Shown here in pieces: positions 41,826-56,729 of a stretch of 64,000 bases of DNA. Source of the DNA: the human T2T-CHM13v2.0 reference genome, Homo sapiens. The number at the start of each line of letters is the position of its first letter. The first letter of the stretch is position 1. A program made the position numbers and the translations under genes. Location: NCBI RefSeq assembly GCF_009914755.1, contig NC_060932.1; one strand, written 5' to 3'. Below the pieces are notes generated by a model, which ran no database searches, was not told where the DNA came from, and saw nothing but the letters and a program-made list of their open reading frames with translations.

Positions 41826-42154
41826 GGAATTTAAGGCCAACTCAAGTGTTGTGAGTCCAAAAGGTTAGATAGTGGTTACACTTCATTTGGCAAAGCTTTA
41901 TCACCTCTTTCCTCCATGTCAGAGTCTGTATTAAGTACTGGGGACACCAAGACAAGAAAAAGTATCCAAGACATTAAGAAGGCTTCTGTCTTATTGGAGG
42001 AATAATAAGGACAGTGCAAAGCACTGAGCAAAATGAAGATGGAAAAATGGCAGCGTGGATGCTAAGAGGGCAGAGGGAAAGTCACTAGATGTAATAGAAG
42101 AAGCCCAGCTAGAGAATAGCATGGTCATCCGAGTTCCTGGCTTCATGGCAGGCA

Positions 42155-42340
42155 CTAGGATGATGTGGTGTAGAATATGGCACAGAATGCAGATTCTGGA
42201 GCCTACTCTAGGCAAACACTGTAAGCATTCTCCTTTGATTCTGGAAAACAAGAATAATATTTTCCTTGCAGGGTAAGTGTGAAGATTGAAAAGAGAGAAT
42301 GCATGAGAAAATACTAGCAAATGCCCAGCATAACTATGGT
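42155..42340 (+). mobile_element. MIR
   Basis: GTGGTGTAGAATATGGCACAGAATGCAGATTCTGGAG..GTGAAGATTGAAAAGAGAGAATGCATG. Confidence 0.6.
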
Positions 42341-42970
42341 AGCTATATTCAGTTTTACTGATATCCAAGTTACTCACAAGAGAAGCCAAGAAGTGAGAAG
42401 ACACATTTTGCAATTTCACCTTAGTTGGGCCTGCTTAGCCTTGCTGGAAGAAGTGGTGATCTCTAGCCTGTGAACCTCCAAGTCTGTCTTGCCTATGACT
42501 ATCAGAAATGACCATGTGTACAAGAAACTGAATCAAACGTTCCAGCAACAACCAGAGGGTGAGAGTTCTCTTGGTTGTTGGAAATCTGTCACACAGGGCA
42601 GGAGAGACAAAGTTATCCTAGAAACCACAGGGCCCCTGAAAGGCTACATAAGCCTAAGATGAAATAAAGGATCCCTTCCTTCTCCACAGAAATAGCAGAG
42701 TGTCCATCAGCCCCATTTAAGCCAATACAGTGCTGAATTGCCTTATTCTAGCAGAAGACACTTTCTGTGACTAGTGGCCCTTTGTCCCTGGATCCTACAG
42801 GCATTTGAAGCTTATGAGAAACATCAATTTTCTTGGCTTGCTTCACTGGTCTATACCTGTGGAGGAGTGCCTGGGCCTACTAATTCCAGGTCATACTGTT
42901 TTTCTTGCCTGTGCTTCTAGTATTCTGCAATTTCCTCTGCTGGTGAATTGCAAGTGTATGTGTATGTGTC

Positions 42971-43363
42971 TGCTATGGACTGGATTATGTGCCCCCAAAA
43001 TTCATATGTTGAAGCCCTAAACCCCAATGCTAATGCAACTATATTTGGAGATAGTCTTTAGGAGGTAATTAAGGTCAAGTGAGATCGCAAGGGTAGAGCT
43101 TCAATCGGATAGAAATGGTGGCCCTATAAGATGACAAAAAGAGATTTCTCTCTCACTCTCTCTGCACACACACTGAGGAAAGATCATGTGAGGGTCAGCG
43201 AGAGGGCAGTGGTCTGCAACTAGGATGAGAACTCTCACCAGAACCAGACCCTGATGGCATGCTGATCTTTGGAATTCCAGCCTCCAGGACCGTCAGAAAA
43301 TAAAGATCAGTTGTTTAAGCTACTCAGTCTATGTATTTTGCTACAGCAGCCCAAACTAAGATA
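42971..43363 (+). mobile_element. MLT1A-like MaLR solo LTR
   Basis: TGCTATGGACTG..CCCCCAAAATTCATATGTTGAAGCCCTAA..CAGCAGCCCAAACTAAGATA; TSD GTGTC/ATGTC. Confidence 0.88.
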
Positions 43364-43664
43364 ATGTCCACCTTCCTTTCCAAATTATTAGCTCCTTAAG
43401 GATGGAAACAATAATTTGTTTGCCTTGTTGCTCCAGCCTATAGTGTCTGACACATCTTTAATCCTTAAGAAATATTTGTTAAATAAAGGAATATTTTGTT
43501 GGATGCTTAGTCATGACTATATTTCAAAGTGTTTCTAAATTCTTCCCAGATCTCAGTACATATCCTCTTCCTGCCTAGGACTAAAGGATTCCCTCTTAAC
43601 TGGAAAACTTCAATATTCTACACAGTTGCTGAAGAGGTAAAGCAAAAAGAGCTGGTCAAGCCTA

Positions 43665-45230
<1,566 letters not shown>

Positions 45231-46243
45231 AGTAAGATGAGGGTTCTGACAACATAGGAATTCATGGTTCCACTCTCTAGAAACAGCAGCACTAGAAGAG
45301 ACTTTAGACCTCATGCTTAAAGGAAGAAACCAATAAAGGAAAAATTCCTGAACATATAAAACTCTTCTGTGTTAGGGCCCAGGGCAGACTCTAGGCTGCT
45401 AACTGCCAGCCCCAGATTCTGGACCTGTCTCACCTGCCTCCATGCCATGGTCAGCAAACACGCACGATGTCTGGGGACTTAGCAAAGTTGGTTAGTTAGG
45501 AATCTTTTTGTGATATCCCCCTGTAGCCATAACATTGAGAAACAGACTAGATCTTTATCCTGCTGGTGTGAAGTCAGGCCTCTGTGACCAAATAAAAATG
45601 CCCATGGATCTTTAGAGAAGGCAAAGCAACACTGGGATTGCTAATGTGAGATGTTGGATGGACAGGCACCAGTTATGATGGAGCTGGGGAGGGGGGCTGG
45701 AGGTGGCCATTGACAGCTGCACACAGAGAAGCTACAGTTTACTGAGTTTGGAGTTTGGGTAAAAGAAGGAGAGAATGGGAAGCTATGGGATTATACATTT
45801 GATGAACTAAATATCCAAACCCAAATTTAGGACATATGACTCTAAAGCTTCTCCTAATAACCCTGCTCTGAATGATCCACGCCCTTTATGGGTCTCCCTG
45901 ATAATTCTGTTTGTAAAATTGCATGGCCATCATCTACCTTTGCTCATTCCCTCCCTGAACTGTGCCTGGCCTAGCAGATACTCAGCAAATGATTATTGAA
46001 CCAATCAATATTCAGTCAACTAGTAGGTTGGGATATTTGAAGTCAGTTTGTCCTTGAAAATCTGAGATTTGTATTCAGGCTAAGAATGTTGCTGTGGAAT
46101 GTTCTATTAGAGAGGCTGAGATTTTCAAGGGCACTAAGCACACTAAGAATGTATCATCACATTATATAACTGGAACATTTTAGAACCAAATATATCTGTA
46201 GCGTAGCCAGGCATGAGAATCTAATGCTTAAGCAAAAGATAAG

Positions 46244-46345
46244 TACACACACACAAACAGACACATACACACAAACACACACATACACACAAACGTGTAT
46301 ATACATATATGTGTTCATGTGCATATATATAAATATACACACACA
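46244..46345. repeat. Imperfect (CA)/(TA) microsatellite
   Basis: Seen directly in the sequence. Confidence 0.8.
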
Positions 46346-47209
46346 GAGAAAATATTTACTGTTTTACTGTCTTTGTGGATGAAGAAAATATATGTATTCC
46401 TAAAATATTCAATAACATTTATTAACAATATCATAATTCAACCTATGATTTGAATTATAATTTTTCTACCATTTAAAATTTTTCAACCATGTATAAGCAG
46501 GGAATACAATTAAAACATCTTATGCCTGTGAGATTTAAATACTTTCTAGATGGTTTTTCATATTTGAGTTATTTCAGCTTGCTTATTCAGATTTTAAATC
46601 CATTGAGAGAAGTATCTTTTTTTCTTACATAGCAATGAACATTCCCTATGTTCAACAAATAGGTATATTAATAAGGCTTTCCAACTGATATAGCCCTATT
46701 TCTTAGAGAATCCTTTGAGGGGATGGGGCGGGAGGGAAAGATAAGTCCATAGCTGTGAAGGCAGGAGCCTGAGGGATTTAAGGCTTGAAGATCATGATTT
46801 TGTCTCTGTAGTGAGAGGGGAGGCCACCTGCTGCAAGGGAATGTGGTGGAGTTAGAAAGAGACTTCAAACAAGCTTTGAAATGTCTGCTCACAGAGAAGA
46901 GGAAAAAAGTGTTCTGTAGGGACACACAGAAGAGCTAGAGTCTAATTTAAGAGTTAAGGGAGGATTTTGTTAACTTATCAAGATTTTCTCCATTGGAGTC
47001 TCAACATCTCGATCATAGCATGCCTCACAGTTAAAGTCTGCCTGAGAGGGTATAAACTCAAGAGGGCTGGAGACCCAAGGGTACAAAGAAGAGATTTATT
47101 GAAGATAGAGAGACATATTGATGTCTAGGCTAAATAAGAAATGAGATGAAGACAGGAAAGCGTTAAGACGGTAATATATGGATCAAAGGACTAAAAAGAT
47201 TGTTAACAC

Positions 47210-47380
47210 TGAATAATATTTTGGAAGACTTACTGTGCACCAAGCATCGCGTTAAGCATTTAATATACATTCTTTCATTTTGTCTTCGTAATAACCTTAT
47301 GAAGTGTGTGTTATGATTATCTCTATTCTAGGCTCAGAGAAGTTAAATAAATTATCCAAGGTCATACTGCTAATAACACA
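47210..47380 (-). mobile_element. MIR
   Basis: CTTACTGTGCACCAAGCA..TAAGCATTT..AATAACCTTATGAAGT..GGCTCAGAGAAGTTAAATAAATTATCCAAGGTCA. Confidence 0.8.
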
Positions 47381-47819
47381 ATGAAAATAGGAAGCCTCGG
47401 CCCTCCCATCCATTTTATTATAAGACCACATGGAGAATGGCTATTATGGAATTAAGAAACTTGTAAGTGTAGAAAGCTGTGGTCGAGGTGTGAAATTTTG
47501 TGTGGAAAGGAGGGAAGGAGGAATTGGTGGAGGGGTTGACAAGATGGTGTAAAGGTTGGTAGCTGGATGGCATCATCCTCTAAGGACATGATTACTAACT
47601 TGGAGCAGAGAGATGGAAATTCTGAAATGGCATAAAGTAGAAGGATTTTTACTTCCAACATCACTTCTGGGTCCTTTTAGGCTTAGACAGGATGAAAATA
47701 AGAAGTATCCACTAGAGAAAAATGCCAACATAGATCTCTACTATACAGAATCACTTCTATTAGAATCTAACTACATAGATGTAAAGAGACACCATACAAT
47801 GGAAATGAAGATTGCGTTT

Positions 47820-48268
47820 CTATGAAACATCACATGTAGATATATTTAATGTTTGCTTGGGAAAATCCTGCCCTCGAGCTTTCTTTTCTCTTTTTTTTTT
47901 AATGTCTTTATTCTTTGTTCATCCCTTCGCCCTCTTTATTTTCTTTTTGGGACTCCTAATAGTTTACTTAATGTTATACTTCCATGATTCGACCTCTATC
48001 TTATTTTTTCCCTTCTTTTATTTCCATCAGCCTCTTTTATTTCTGCATTTTAAGATAGTCCCTTACATGTATTTAGTGAGTAAAAAATTGATTTGTCCAT
48101 TTTTAGTGCATCTGGATTTTTATTTCATAAAAGATATTGTTTTATTTTGAGGTTATTAATTTCAGGCTTTGTTTTTTACTTTCATCCCCTGGACATATTT
48201 TCTCATTTTCTTCTGAGTTTTTTTCCCCATGCCTTTCTTATTGGGAAATTTTTTTTTGACTTTGCCTG
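47820..48268 (-). mobile_element. Old L1M fragment (ORF1 region)
   Basis: T-rich; TTCTTTTTGGGACTCCTAATAGTTTACTTAATGTTA resembles antisense L1M ORF1. Confidence 0.45.
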
Positions 48269-48277
48269 CAATGGAGT

Positions 48278-48880
48278 TTTTTTTTTTAATTTTATTATTA
48301 TTATACTTTAAGTTTTAGGGTACATGTGCACAACATGCAGGTTTGTTACATATGTATACATGTGCCATGTTGGTGTGCTGCACCCATTAACTCGTCATTT
48401 AGCATTACGTATATCTCCTAATGCTATCCCTCGCCCCTCCCCCCACCCCACAACAGGCCCCGGTGTGTGATGTTCCTCTTCCTGTGTCCAAGTGTTCTCA
48501 TTGTTCAGTTCCCACCTATGAGTGAGAACATGCGGTGTTTGGTTTTTTGTCCTTGAGATAGTTTGCTGAGAATGATGGTTTCTAGTTTCATCCATGTCCC
48601 TACAAAGGACATGAACTCATCATTTTTTATGGCTGCATAGTATTCCATGGTGTATATGTGCCACATTTTCGTAATCCAGTCTATCGTTGTTGGACATTTA
48701 GGTTGGTTCCAAGTCTTTGCTATTGTGAGTAGTGTCGCTATAAACATACGTGTGCATGTGTCTTTATAGCAGCATGATTTATAATCCTTTAGGTATATAT
48801 CCAGTAATGGGATGGCTGGGTCAAATGGTATTTCTAGTTGTAGATCCCTGAGGAATCGCCACACTGACTTTCACAATGGT
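48278..48880 (-). mobile_element. 5'-truncated L1PA (about L1PA3/4) 3' end
   Basis: TTATTATACTTTAAGTTTTAGGGTACATGTGCAC; ORF2 C-terminal peptide at 48505-48864; CAATGG at both flanks. Confidence 0.95.
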
Positions 48881-49224
48881 TCCTTTTCAATTTTAATTCT
48901 ATCTCCCCTCAGAAAACTTACTTTCAATCCCTATTCAGTAATTTTCTGCTCCACAGGGCAGGTTCTATATTACTTATGCTAGTTCCTCTACCTGAAATGT
49001 CCAACCCTCAACAGTATTTATCCAAATTCTCTCTTGTTTGGACCAAATTCCATCTTCTGCAAGTTTTCTTTTCTTCTTTAAACAGAAGTATGTGTTAACT
49101 GGTATAAGAAATCCACAGTACTTTTATTTGTATACTTCAAATGTCTCTCCTGCCTATAGACGTGTCCACAGTTAGAAAACAATAACTCACCTTCATTGGA
49201 AACACATTTCCCAGCAGGCTTAGA

Positions 49225-49400
49225 ATTGGTGCGTTTAGTGGATTATCTTCTCTAGACCTCATATATATCCTATGTGGAAGATAGCTGCTATCAGTTCCAC
49301 TTCATAAATGAAGAAACTGAGGGTCAAAGAGGTCGCTTTACTTTCCTAAACTCACACAACCAAACCGTGGGGAACTTAGAATTTAAGCATGGACATCATC
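49225..49400 (-). mobile_element. MIR
   Basis: CACTTCATAAATGAAGAAACTGAGGGTCAAAGAGGT..TTCCTAAACTCACACA. Confidence 0.7.
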
Positions 49401-49675
49401 ATGCTGACGATTAGTCTTGTGTTCAATCCTAGGAAGTGGGAAGTATTTGGCAGTGGTTGACTGGTGGGAAAATGGGAATACAAGTGGTATATGTATCATA
49501 TGTACACAAACGAAAAGATACTGTAAGCTGTACCATATTACAACAGCATCGCTAAAACCCCAGTCACAGTTAATGCATACATGTGCACGAATTTATGCAT
49601 ACATGACATATGAGCACTCTATGTAACTCTGCACATTTGGACTTTAGTTTCTAAAGTGTATTGCGTAGCCATTAT

Positions 49676-49993
49676 AGGGTGGTACTGGACAACAGAAACA
49701 AAATAAGAGCCACATGTGTAATTTTAAATTTTCTAGATGCCATAGTCAAAAGTAAAACAAAATAAGTAAAATTAATTTTAGTAATATGTTTTACCTAATG
49801 CATCCAGATACTATCACTTCAACATGTAATCAATATGAAAATATTAATTAGAAATGCACATTTTTTTTTTCATGGCAAGTGTTGAAAATCTGGTGTGTCC
49901 TTTACACTTACGGTTTCTTTTCATTCAGACTAGCCACATTTCAAGTGCTCAATAGCAACATGTGGCTCTTGGCTATCATATTAGACCACACTG
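49676..49993. mobile_element. MER33 hAT-Charlie element
   Basis: GAGCCACATGTGTAATTTTAAATTTTCTAG..TCAACATGTAATCAATAT..GACTAGCCACATTTCAAGTGCTCAATAGC. Confidence 0.85.
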
Positions 49994-50046
49994 TAATGGA
50001 ATATGAGAGGTGGGAGGTGGGAAGGCTTATAGGCATGATCTACTTT

Positions 50047-50339
50047 ATTTTTTTGTTTGTTTGTTTGTTTATTTGACAGAGTCTCACTCTCTCGCCCAGG
50101 CTGGAGTGCTGAGGCGAGATTTCGGCTCACTGCAACCTCTGCAATTCTCTTGCCTCAGCCTCCCGAGTAGTTGGGACTACAGGTGCAAATCACCACATCC
50201 AGCTAATTTTTGTATTTTTAGTAGAGATGGAATTTCACCATGTTGGCCAGGCTGGTCTCAAACTCCTGACCTCAGGTGATCCACCCACCTCGGCCTCCCA
50301 AGGTGCTGGGATTACAAACGTGAGCCACCGCACCAGGCC
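50047..50339 (-). mobile_element. AluSx-like with a deletion of about 15 bp
   Basis: Dimer with (TTTG)n tail; TSD core ATCTACTTT at 50038 and 50346. Confidence 0.94.
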
Positions 50340-51310
50340 AGAATTATCTACTTTGATGCCATTATTTTACAGAGTAGACACTAAGGCTTAGAAAAGCTGA
50401 GCAACTTGTTAAATTCTACTCAGTTCTAATGCGAGATATATGCAGTTCCCTGTTCTGGCCTGTTCCTGCCTATTGTTCCATGTTTTAATAGAGGGATCAG
50501 GAGATGGGGGAGATAGAAGTTAAATCACATTCTTTAATACTTTTTGACACAGAAGCAACATAATGGTACCATGTGATATCCACTCTCATTTTGCAAAACA
50601 GGAAATTGAGAAAGAGAAATGGAGTTAGGCATTTAGAGAGAGTTTTACGCTCTTAAGCCATTGGATGGGAAACCTGATTTCTGGTAGGAGAGCTATGCTG
50701 TAAAAGGTGTCTGAACACAAGACTAAGCTGGAATCTTACCCTGAGATATGGCAATCCATTTTTCAGTTCAAGATGAATCCTCCCACTTCAAATACTCAGA
50801 CGAAACCTCTCAAGTCAATATTGCCCTGCAGACATCTTGTGCCTATGCATAAGAGCTAAGTGATTTCTTTCTCTGGAGCTAGGTTTCTGCTCAAATCCAG
50901 GTTTTTTTTCCAAGTGAAACAACCACAGGGAGCCTTTCCTGCCTGGTCCAACTGGTGAAACAGAGCCAAAAATGTTTGTGATTCTATTTATAGCTGTCTA
51001 GTGGTTGAACAGACTGGGCTGAGAATTCCTGGGGTGAAGTATTTGGTGCCTGAAGTCTGGAATGCCAGTTTTACACAGCTTGTTTTTAGATGCAAGGATT
51101 TCCATAAAAACAAGGCCAGGCACATAGAACTTTTTCAGGAGCAAAGGGCAAGAAAATGTTTTTAAAAAGGGGAATAATCCTAGCAAAATAGTTTTATAGA
51201 TTTTTTTTTGGAAAGCCATGCCATGTTCTCCCCTCCTTATTACTAGTTGGTAATGTGCAAAACAATGCTATCTCAAAAATAAGAAAATAGTGAAAGAGAA
51301 CATATGCCCC

Positions 51311-51688
51311 TGTTGTGGGTTAAATAGGGACTCCCAGAGGATATGTCCTTTCAGGACCTCAGATGTAATTAAAGTAGGGATCTTGAGGTGAGATCATCCT
51401 GGAGGAGGGTGGGCCCTAAATCCAAAGATTAACGTGTTTATGAAAGACTGAGACAAAGAGAAGAAGGCCCTGTAAAGCTGAGCACAGATTGGAGTTTTGT
51501 AGCTGTGAGCCAAGGAAAGCCAGGAGAAGCAAGGAAGGATGAGTCTCTAGAGCCTGCAGAGGGAGCACAGCCCTGCCAACACCTGGATTTCTGAAGTCTG
51601 CCCTACAAACTGTGAGATAATCAATTTCTTTTGTTTTAAGCTACGCAGCTGTGGCAGTTTGTTATGGCAACCTTAGCAAAAGAATGCA
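51311..51688 (+). mobile_element. MLT1C-like MaLR solo LTR
   Basis: TGTTGTGGGTTAAAT..GGGTGGGCCCTAAATCCAA..CAGCCCTGCCAACACC..TTTGTTATGGCAACC. Confidence 0.85.
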
Positions 51689-54499
51689 ACCATGTGAAAC
51701 CTCACCACCATAACTCATCAAAACTGTGATTCTCCTTTCTGTATTTCTCACATGTACACAGATGTGATGTAGTGGTGTTGTGGGTTAGATTTCATTTTAA
51801 TTTCAGTTAAAGGAGAGGAAGATTACTACTTATTGAGCTTGTTCAATGTCCCAGATACAGCAAGGACTCACTGTCATGGACTTGTCCTCTTTTGCCTTTC
51901 TGTGGATGGTTTTCATCCTCCTTGTCCCAAGAATCTTCCAGGGCTGGGAGGGTAGGTTTGGATGACGAGAAGATTACAATTCATTACAGAAGAAATGCGA
52001 AGAAAAAATTAACATTAATTTTTTGACTTTCAAGACCTAATTGTACAGTAATGCTATAGCCATGGGAGCTCAGCTGTTGTCTAGAATGTAAATTTTTCAA
52101 AATCCCTTTGTTTTTCCTGTTATTAACCCCACATTCATCCCTCAAATCTACACTTTTGAGCTGACCAAAAACCAAGCCTGAGCAATTCAACTCATAGAGT
52201 TCTCCCAGGGCAGAAACACCTCTTCTGTCCCCGATAAGTGGGAAACCCATTAAGTGGGAAAGTGACACATGCGATGTGATGGCAGAGAGAGGATATGATG
52301 TAGGGAAAACAGGTATTTAACCACTGGGACCCTCGGCAGTGTGAAGTATTGAGGGACAAGGGGTGACCAGAAGATGGGGAGATATTTGGGCAGAAGTACA
52401 GTTAGTGAGGGTAGCACATAAAAGGTCTGTCCTCGCTCCATGGCCATCTCAGAGCTACCCTGCACCAACCTGGAATGTAACAACATCAAGGTAATGTGAG
52501 GCTAGTGTGAGCAAGCCATGAGGTTGAGCTTTTTCAAGCTTCCCTAATAGTGTAGAGAAGGACCAGAAGCATGTTTGAGTCTGACTGGGAGCTTCTCAAA
52601 GGGGACTGGCTAAGTGGGAATGAGATGATTCTACAGGAATAGCTTTAGGACAGCTCATCAGGCAAGGATAAATAGTTGTCACAGGCAGAGTCTCAAGATG
52701 TCCACTACATCTGCAGGGGCAGACGTGAGTCCATGTAAGCCAGGAGCACCATGAAGCTCTGCCCGTTTTCGGAAAGCAGCTTAGCTATGAGTTACCTCAG
52801 CGACAACTCCAAATGCCACCAGGAAATAGCAACCAGGCAGCTGAGTGACATCTCCTGGGAAGTCAGCAGTGATGAAGGACACACTGAGTCCAAGGACCTC
52901 CCCTGGACCCTGAGGTCACATGAACCACTGCTGTCCACATGCACCCAAGCACATTTTTGAAGAAGTGGTTGGGAAGGTAGAAATGAATGAAAAGTAAAGG
53001 GGCAAAAACATTATCTTAAAAAAAAGTTATGGAGAGGAGCAAAACAAAAGGTATGGGCAAATTGGCAAATATCTGGGAGATGGAGAATTCTCTAAAAGAT
53101 TGTTTAAACATCAGACACAACGGAGCTTTAAACAGCACTGGACTGAATGAAGTTAATTTCTTCCTGGTCCACAAGTAGGTAGAGGTTCCTGAAAAAGACC
53201 TTGTAAGTCTAGACAAAGAACCTGATTCCTCTGTGTATCTAAGCATGATGTAAATGAATCTGAGGCTTTTATTACTTCAGTTTGTCCCCATAAAAGAGCT
53301 AGAGAGAAATATTTTCTATTTGCACTCAACTCTAAAAAATCATTTTTTACAACACAGAACACTCCTATAACACCAATCCCACAGAAAGATTATTTCCACA
53401 TCCTTTATTTCACCCAGAAATTTAAATGTAAGCCAAAGCAATAATGTCATGCATCAAGCAGTTATCCTACATGTAATTAAGAGGCTCCAGAAGTTTTAAG
53501 TCTATATGCAAGGAGCTGGGCAGGGAATGCGCGCTGTTTGCTGGTAGAGGTTTCCTTTCTTGAGGAATCATTTACCATGGTGATCTTAAGACCAATTACC
53601 TTCTTTGCACTGATGATACCTTATCACTTTACAAAAAAACAAGCAAACGCCAATAATCTCATACAACTCGCTTGTGTATAAAAGCGTCTAAAGAATGGAG
53701 CCATCCATACAGTTACAGAAAAGATACTGATGCGTGATTTATTTTGCAATCTAGCTTCCTGCAGACTCTGATGAGGCCATTACACACATGCCTTCAGCAC
53801 CTTGCACTTCATTTGCAGTATATTAATTTGTACATATTTATAGGGGTTTTGTAGCAATATTTCTGGAATCCAATTATATGTCTCCATTCTGTCTCCCCAT
53901 TTAGGTGATGAGAGATCTTTTTAAAGGCAAAGACAGCAATTTCCTGGGGATCTATGAGTACACTGTTCAACTACAGTACAGGTAACTGAATTCCAAAAAA
54001 ATCTGGTAAACAACAGTGTTCCAGGTTTTGTCTCCCAAACCTGTACAAAGCAATTTCATTTGTGTGATTTCTGAGAGGATCACTTAGCCAAGGCATCGAA
54101 ATATAAAAGATGGCTTAGGGAATGATTTTCAGTGAGTCTTAGTCATTGCTTCCGCTAGGGGCCTTAATACGAGTGGGTAGGATAACTAGGGGAAATTATG
54201 TCCTTGTTACCTTTTATCTGCCTCTCTGCCTCTCATTCTCTCCCTAACAATCCCCTGTTGCCTCTTAAGAACACCCCACCACACACAGACATACACTCAC
54301 ACCTCAAAGTGCTGTCACTTGCATCTTTGCAAAGAGCACCCCGACCCCACCATACGCAGATACACTCTCACACACATTTCAGTCCCAACCTCAGGCATAC
54401 TTCTGTTCCAAGATGCCCAACCTCTGATGCAAGTAATCAAGACTTCTATTCCCTGGTATTAGAGGTACAATAAATATGTATTTTAAGTATTTCTCAGTG

Positions 54500-54620
54500 A
54501 GGGCGTGGTGGCAATGTCTCAGACAGAGCACCAGACTTAAACATAGAAGTCCGAGGTTTGAATTGCTGCTTTTTAATTTATTAATTCTGCACCTCTGAAA
54601 AATTACTCTACATCCGCAAT
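54500..54620 (+). mobile_element. MIR fragment
   Basis: GGCGTGGTG..ACAGAGCACCAGACTT..AGAAGTCCGAGGTTTGAATT. Confidence 0.5.
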
Positions 54621-56729
54621 GATCTTGTCTTTAACTTTGGTGTCACAGCCATGAAAAGGCCCCTAAAAAATATTTGCTATTGTAGGGTAAATGACTAATA
54701 GACATGGTCTTTGTGGATGTGATCTGAAAGGCAACATTTTAAAAGGACAGCTTTTAAAAGTCAAACTGTAACCTAATTAGTAAAAGTTGGAGAGAGGAAA
54801 AGATTTCTGAGTTCTGGAACAGTTTGGGGGCCTCTATTACCACCTTCAAGAAAAAGTAGCAGTGGCTCAGATTCATTTCAAGGTTAGAGACGTTTGAGTA
54901 AGTTTCCTATCCGACTGTTGTAAGGTGTGTTGTGCAGAACTGTGAACAAGTCTAGCAATCAAAATTCAAGATATTCCCCCAAAGAGCCTGCAATGATTCA
55001 TACATGCCTCTCAATATTCAATTGCTTTTTAATTCAGTGGACGTGAGAAAATGTCTTAGAAATGTGAGATTGCGTAAGCACACATACACATATACATACA
55101 CACACACAGTGTGCAGCCCTTTTCATCTTGAGAAACTGGCTTGCACTCACAAAATGGACTGCAATTGAAAAACTGACTTCGCTGAGCAGTAGGGGTTGAA
55201 GTATGGCGCACAAAAGCTTTCAGTTTGGAAAAATCCACATCTCTGACATTGAGCCAAAGAGTTGCCTCAAGTTGTGCACATATCCATCATGTTTTTTAGC
55301 CAGTGCTCAATTTATTCTGACAAACCCAATCAACATAGCCTTTACAGTGGAGTTTTTTTGGTGTTCAGAAGGTCAGCTTCAAATGCCTCCACATTTCTAC
55401 AGCTGCTTCCATTATTCTTTCAGGAAAACAAATAACAACTTAGAAAAGGAGGATAATGTGCTGTGCTGCTAGAGCCTCAGGGGCTATCAGAGGAGAGAAA
55501 CAGGGTGACAATCACCACTGACAGAGCCTAGGAGAGCTTGTAATTAAAAGGTGGAGCTTTGAGTACCAAAGAGAAACCACTGACAATGGATCCTCTGCAG
55601 GGAAGAGTTTGTCTTAGACGATCAAGTAGCAGCCTAATGGGGAACATTTGGAGCATTGAGGAATCTTTAATCTTTAATGAGGGACTGGGGCCCCAGGATC
55701 AATTTTAATTCCACCAAATTCATGAGACACAATTGCCAACTTTTAAAATGAAAACTTTTTATCTTTTTAAAGAACACCTCCCTCCAGAGGGAGTCACAAT
55801 ACCTATTTCTGATCTGAGAGCTGCCGAATGCAAAACTAGGTATCTTTAAAAAGTAATTGCTTCTTTAGCTGAGACTTGAAGGTGTAGTTCCTGGGAAAAA
55901 ATAATCACCTTGAAAAGTTCCAAAAAGAAGATGAGAGTCTGAGTCCTAAATATAAAAAATAATGAAATAGATTTTAAAAAAAAAAAAACTCTGTGATTCC
56001 CATTCCCATGTGGGCACACAGAAGTCCTGAAATGTCTTCTCTGTCTTGAAACCACATTTCTCGGTCAAATTGCAAACGTTAGAGAAGTGGTCCGAGGGAA
56101 TGCCACAGTAATACAATCAAAATAAAATAACATAAAATTATTTTCAAATCATTCTCAGAATGGAAGCAATTTTAGAAACACAATAAAAGTCAACAGTTAA
56201 CATGGGAATTGCTGAGCACCAAATCAGAATTATTGACAGTGAGGCTGACTCAAACTTGAAGAGGCTGACATCCCAGCAAATGTGGGATTTCTAAAGTCAA
56301 GTCTCTGAATCAACCCAGGTCTGGACAAAGTGACTTCAACCAAGGCATTAATAGGTAATTCCTTCAAGTTGTGCACCTACCACTCCTTGTCTCCCCAGAA
56401 AGAGAGAGAGGGAGATTAAGGGGATTCAATTAGATTAATTTTAGAAACATAAATTCCCCAATGCCATATTAAAATAGTTACTAGGTGGGTCTTTTGCTGC
56501 AATAGAAGCTACAGAATAGAAAGAGGCACTAAGGCAATTCAGACCATGATGACAACTTGGACAAATGACTGCATTTAAGAACACCTGGGAAAACCACACA
56601 CGTGACTCAGGTGGAGCTGTCCTTCCTGGACCCACCTTGCTACTAAGCACTGATCCCTAGGAGGCTAGTGAGTACAATAGTATATAGCACGTGCTATATT
56701 TTAAGAGGTATTGGGAAGACTTTTATGCC

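Noticed and set aside
41991-42419. 142-aa minus-strand ORF
   Set aside because: Overlaps MIR/L2 relics and has no protein-like features
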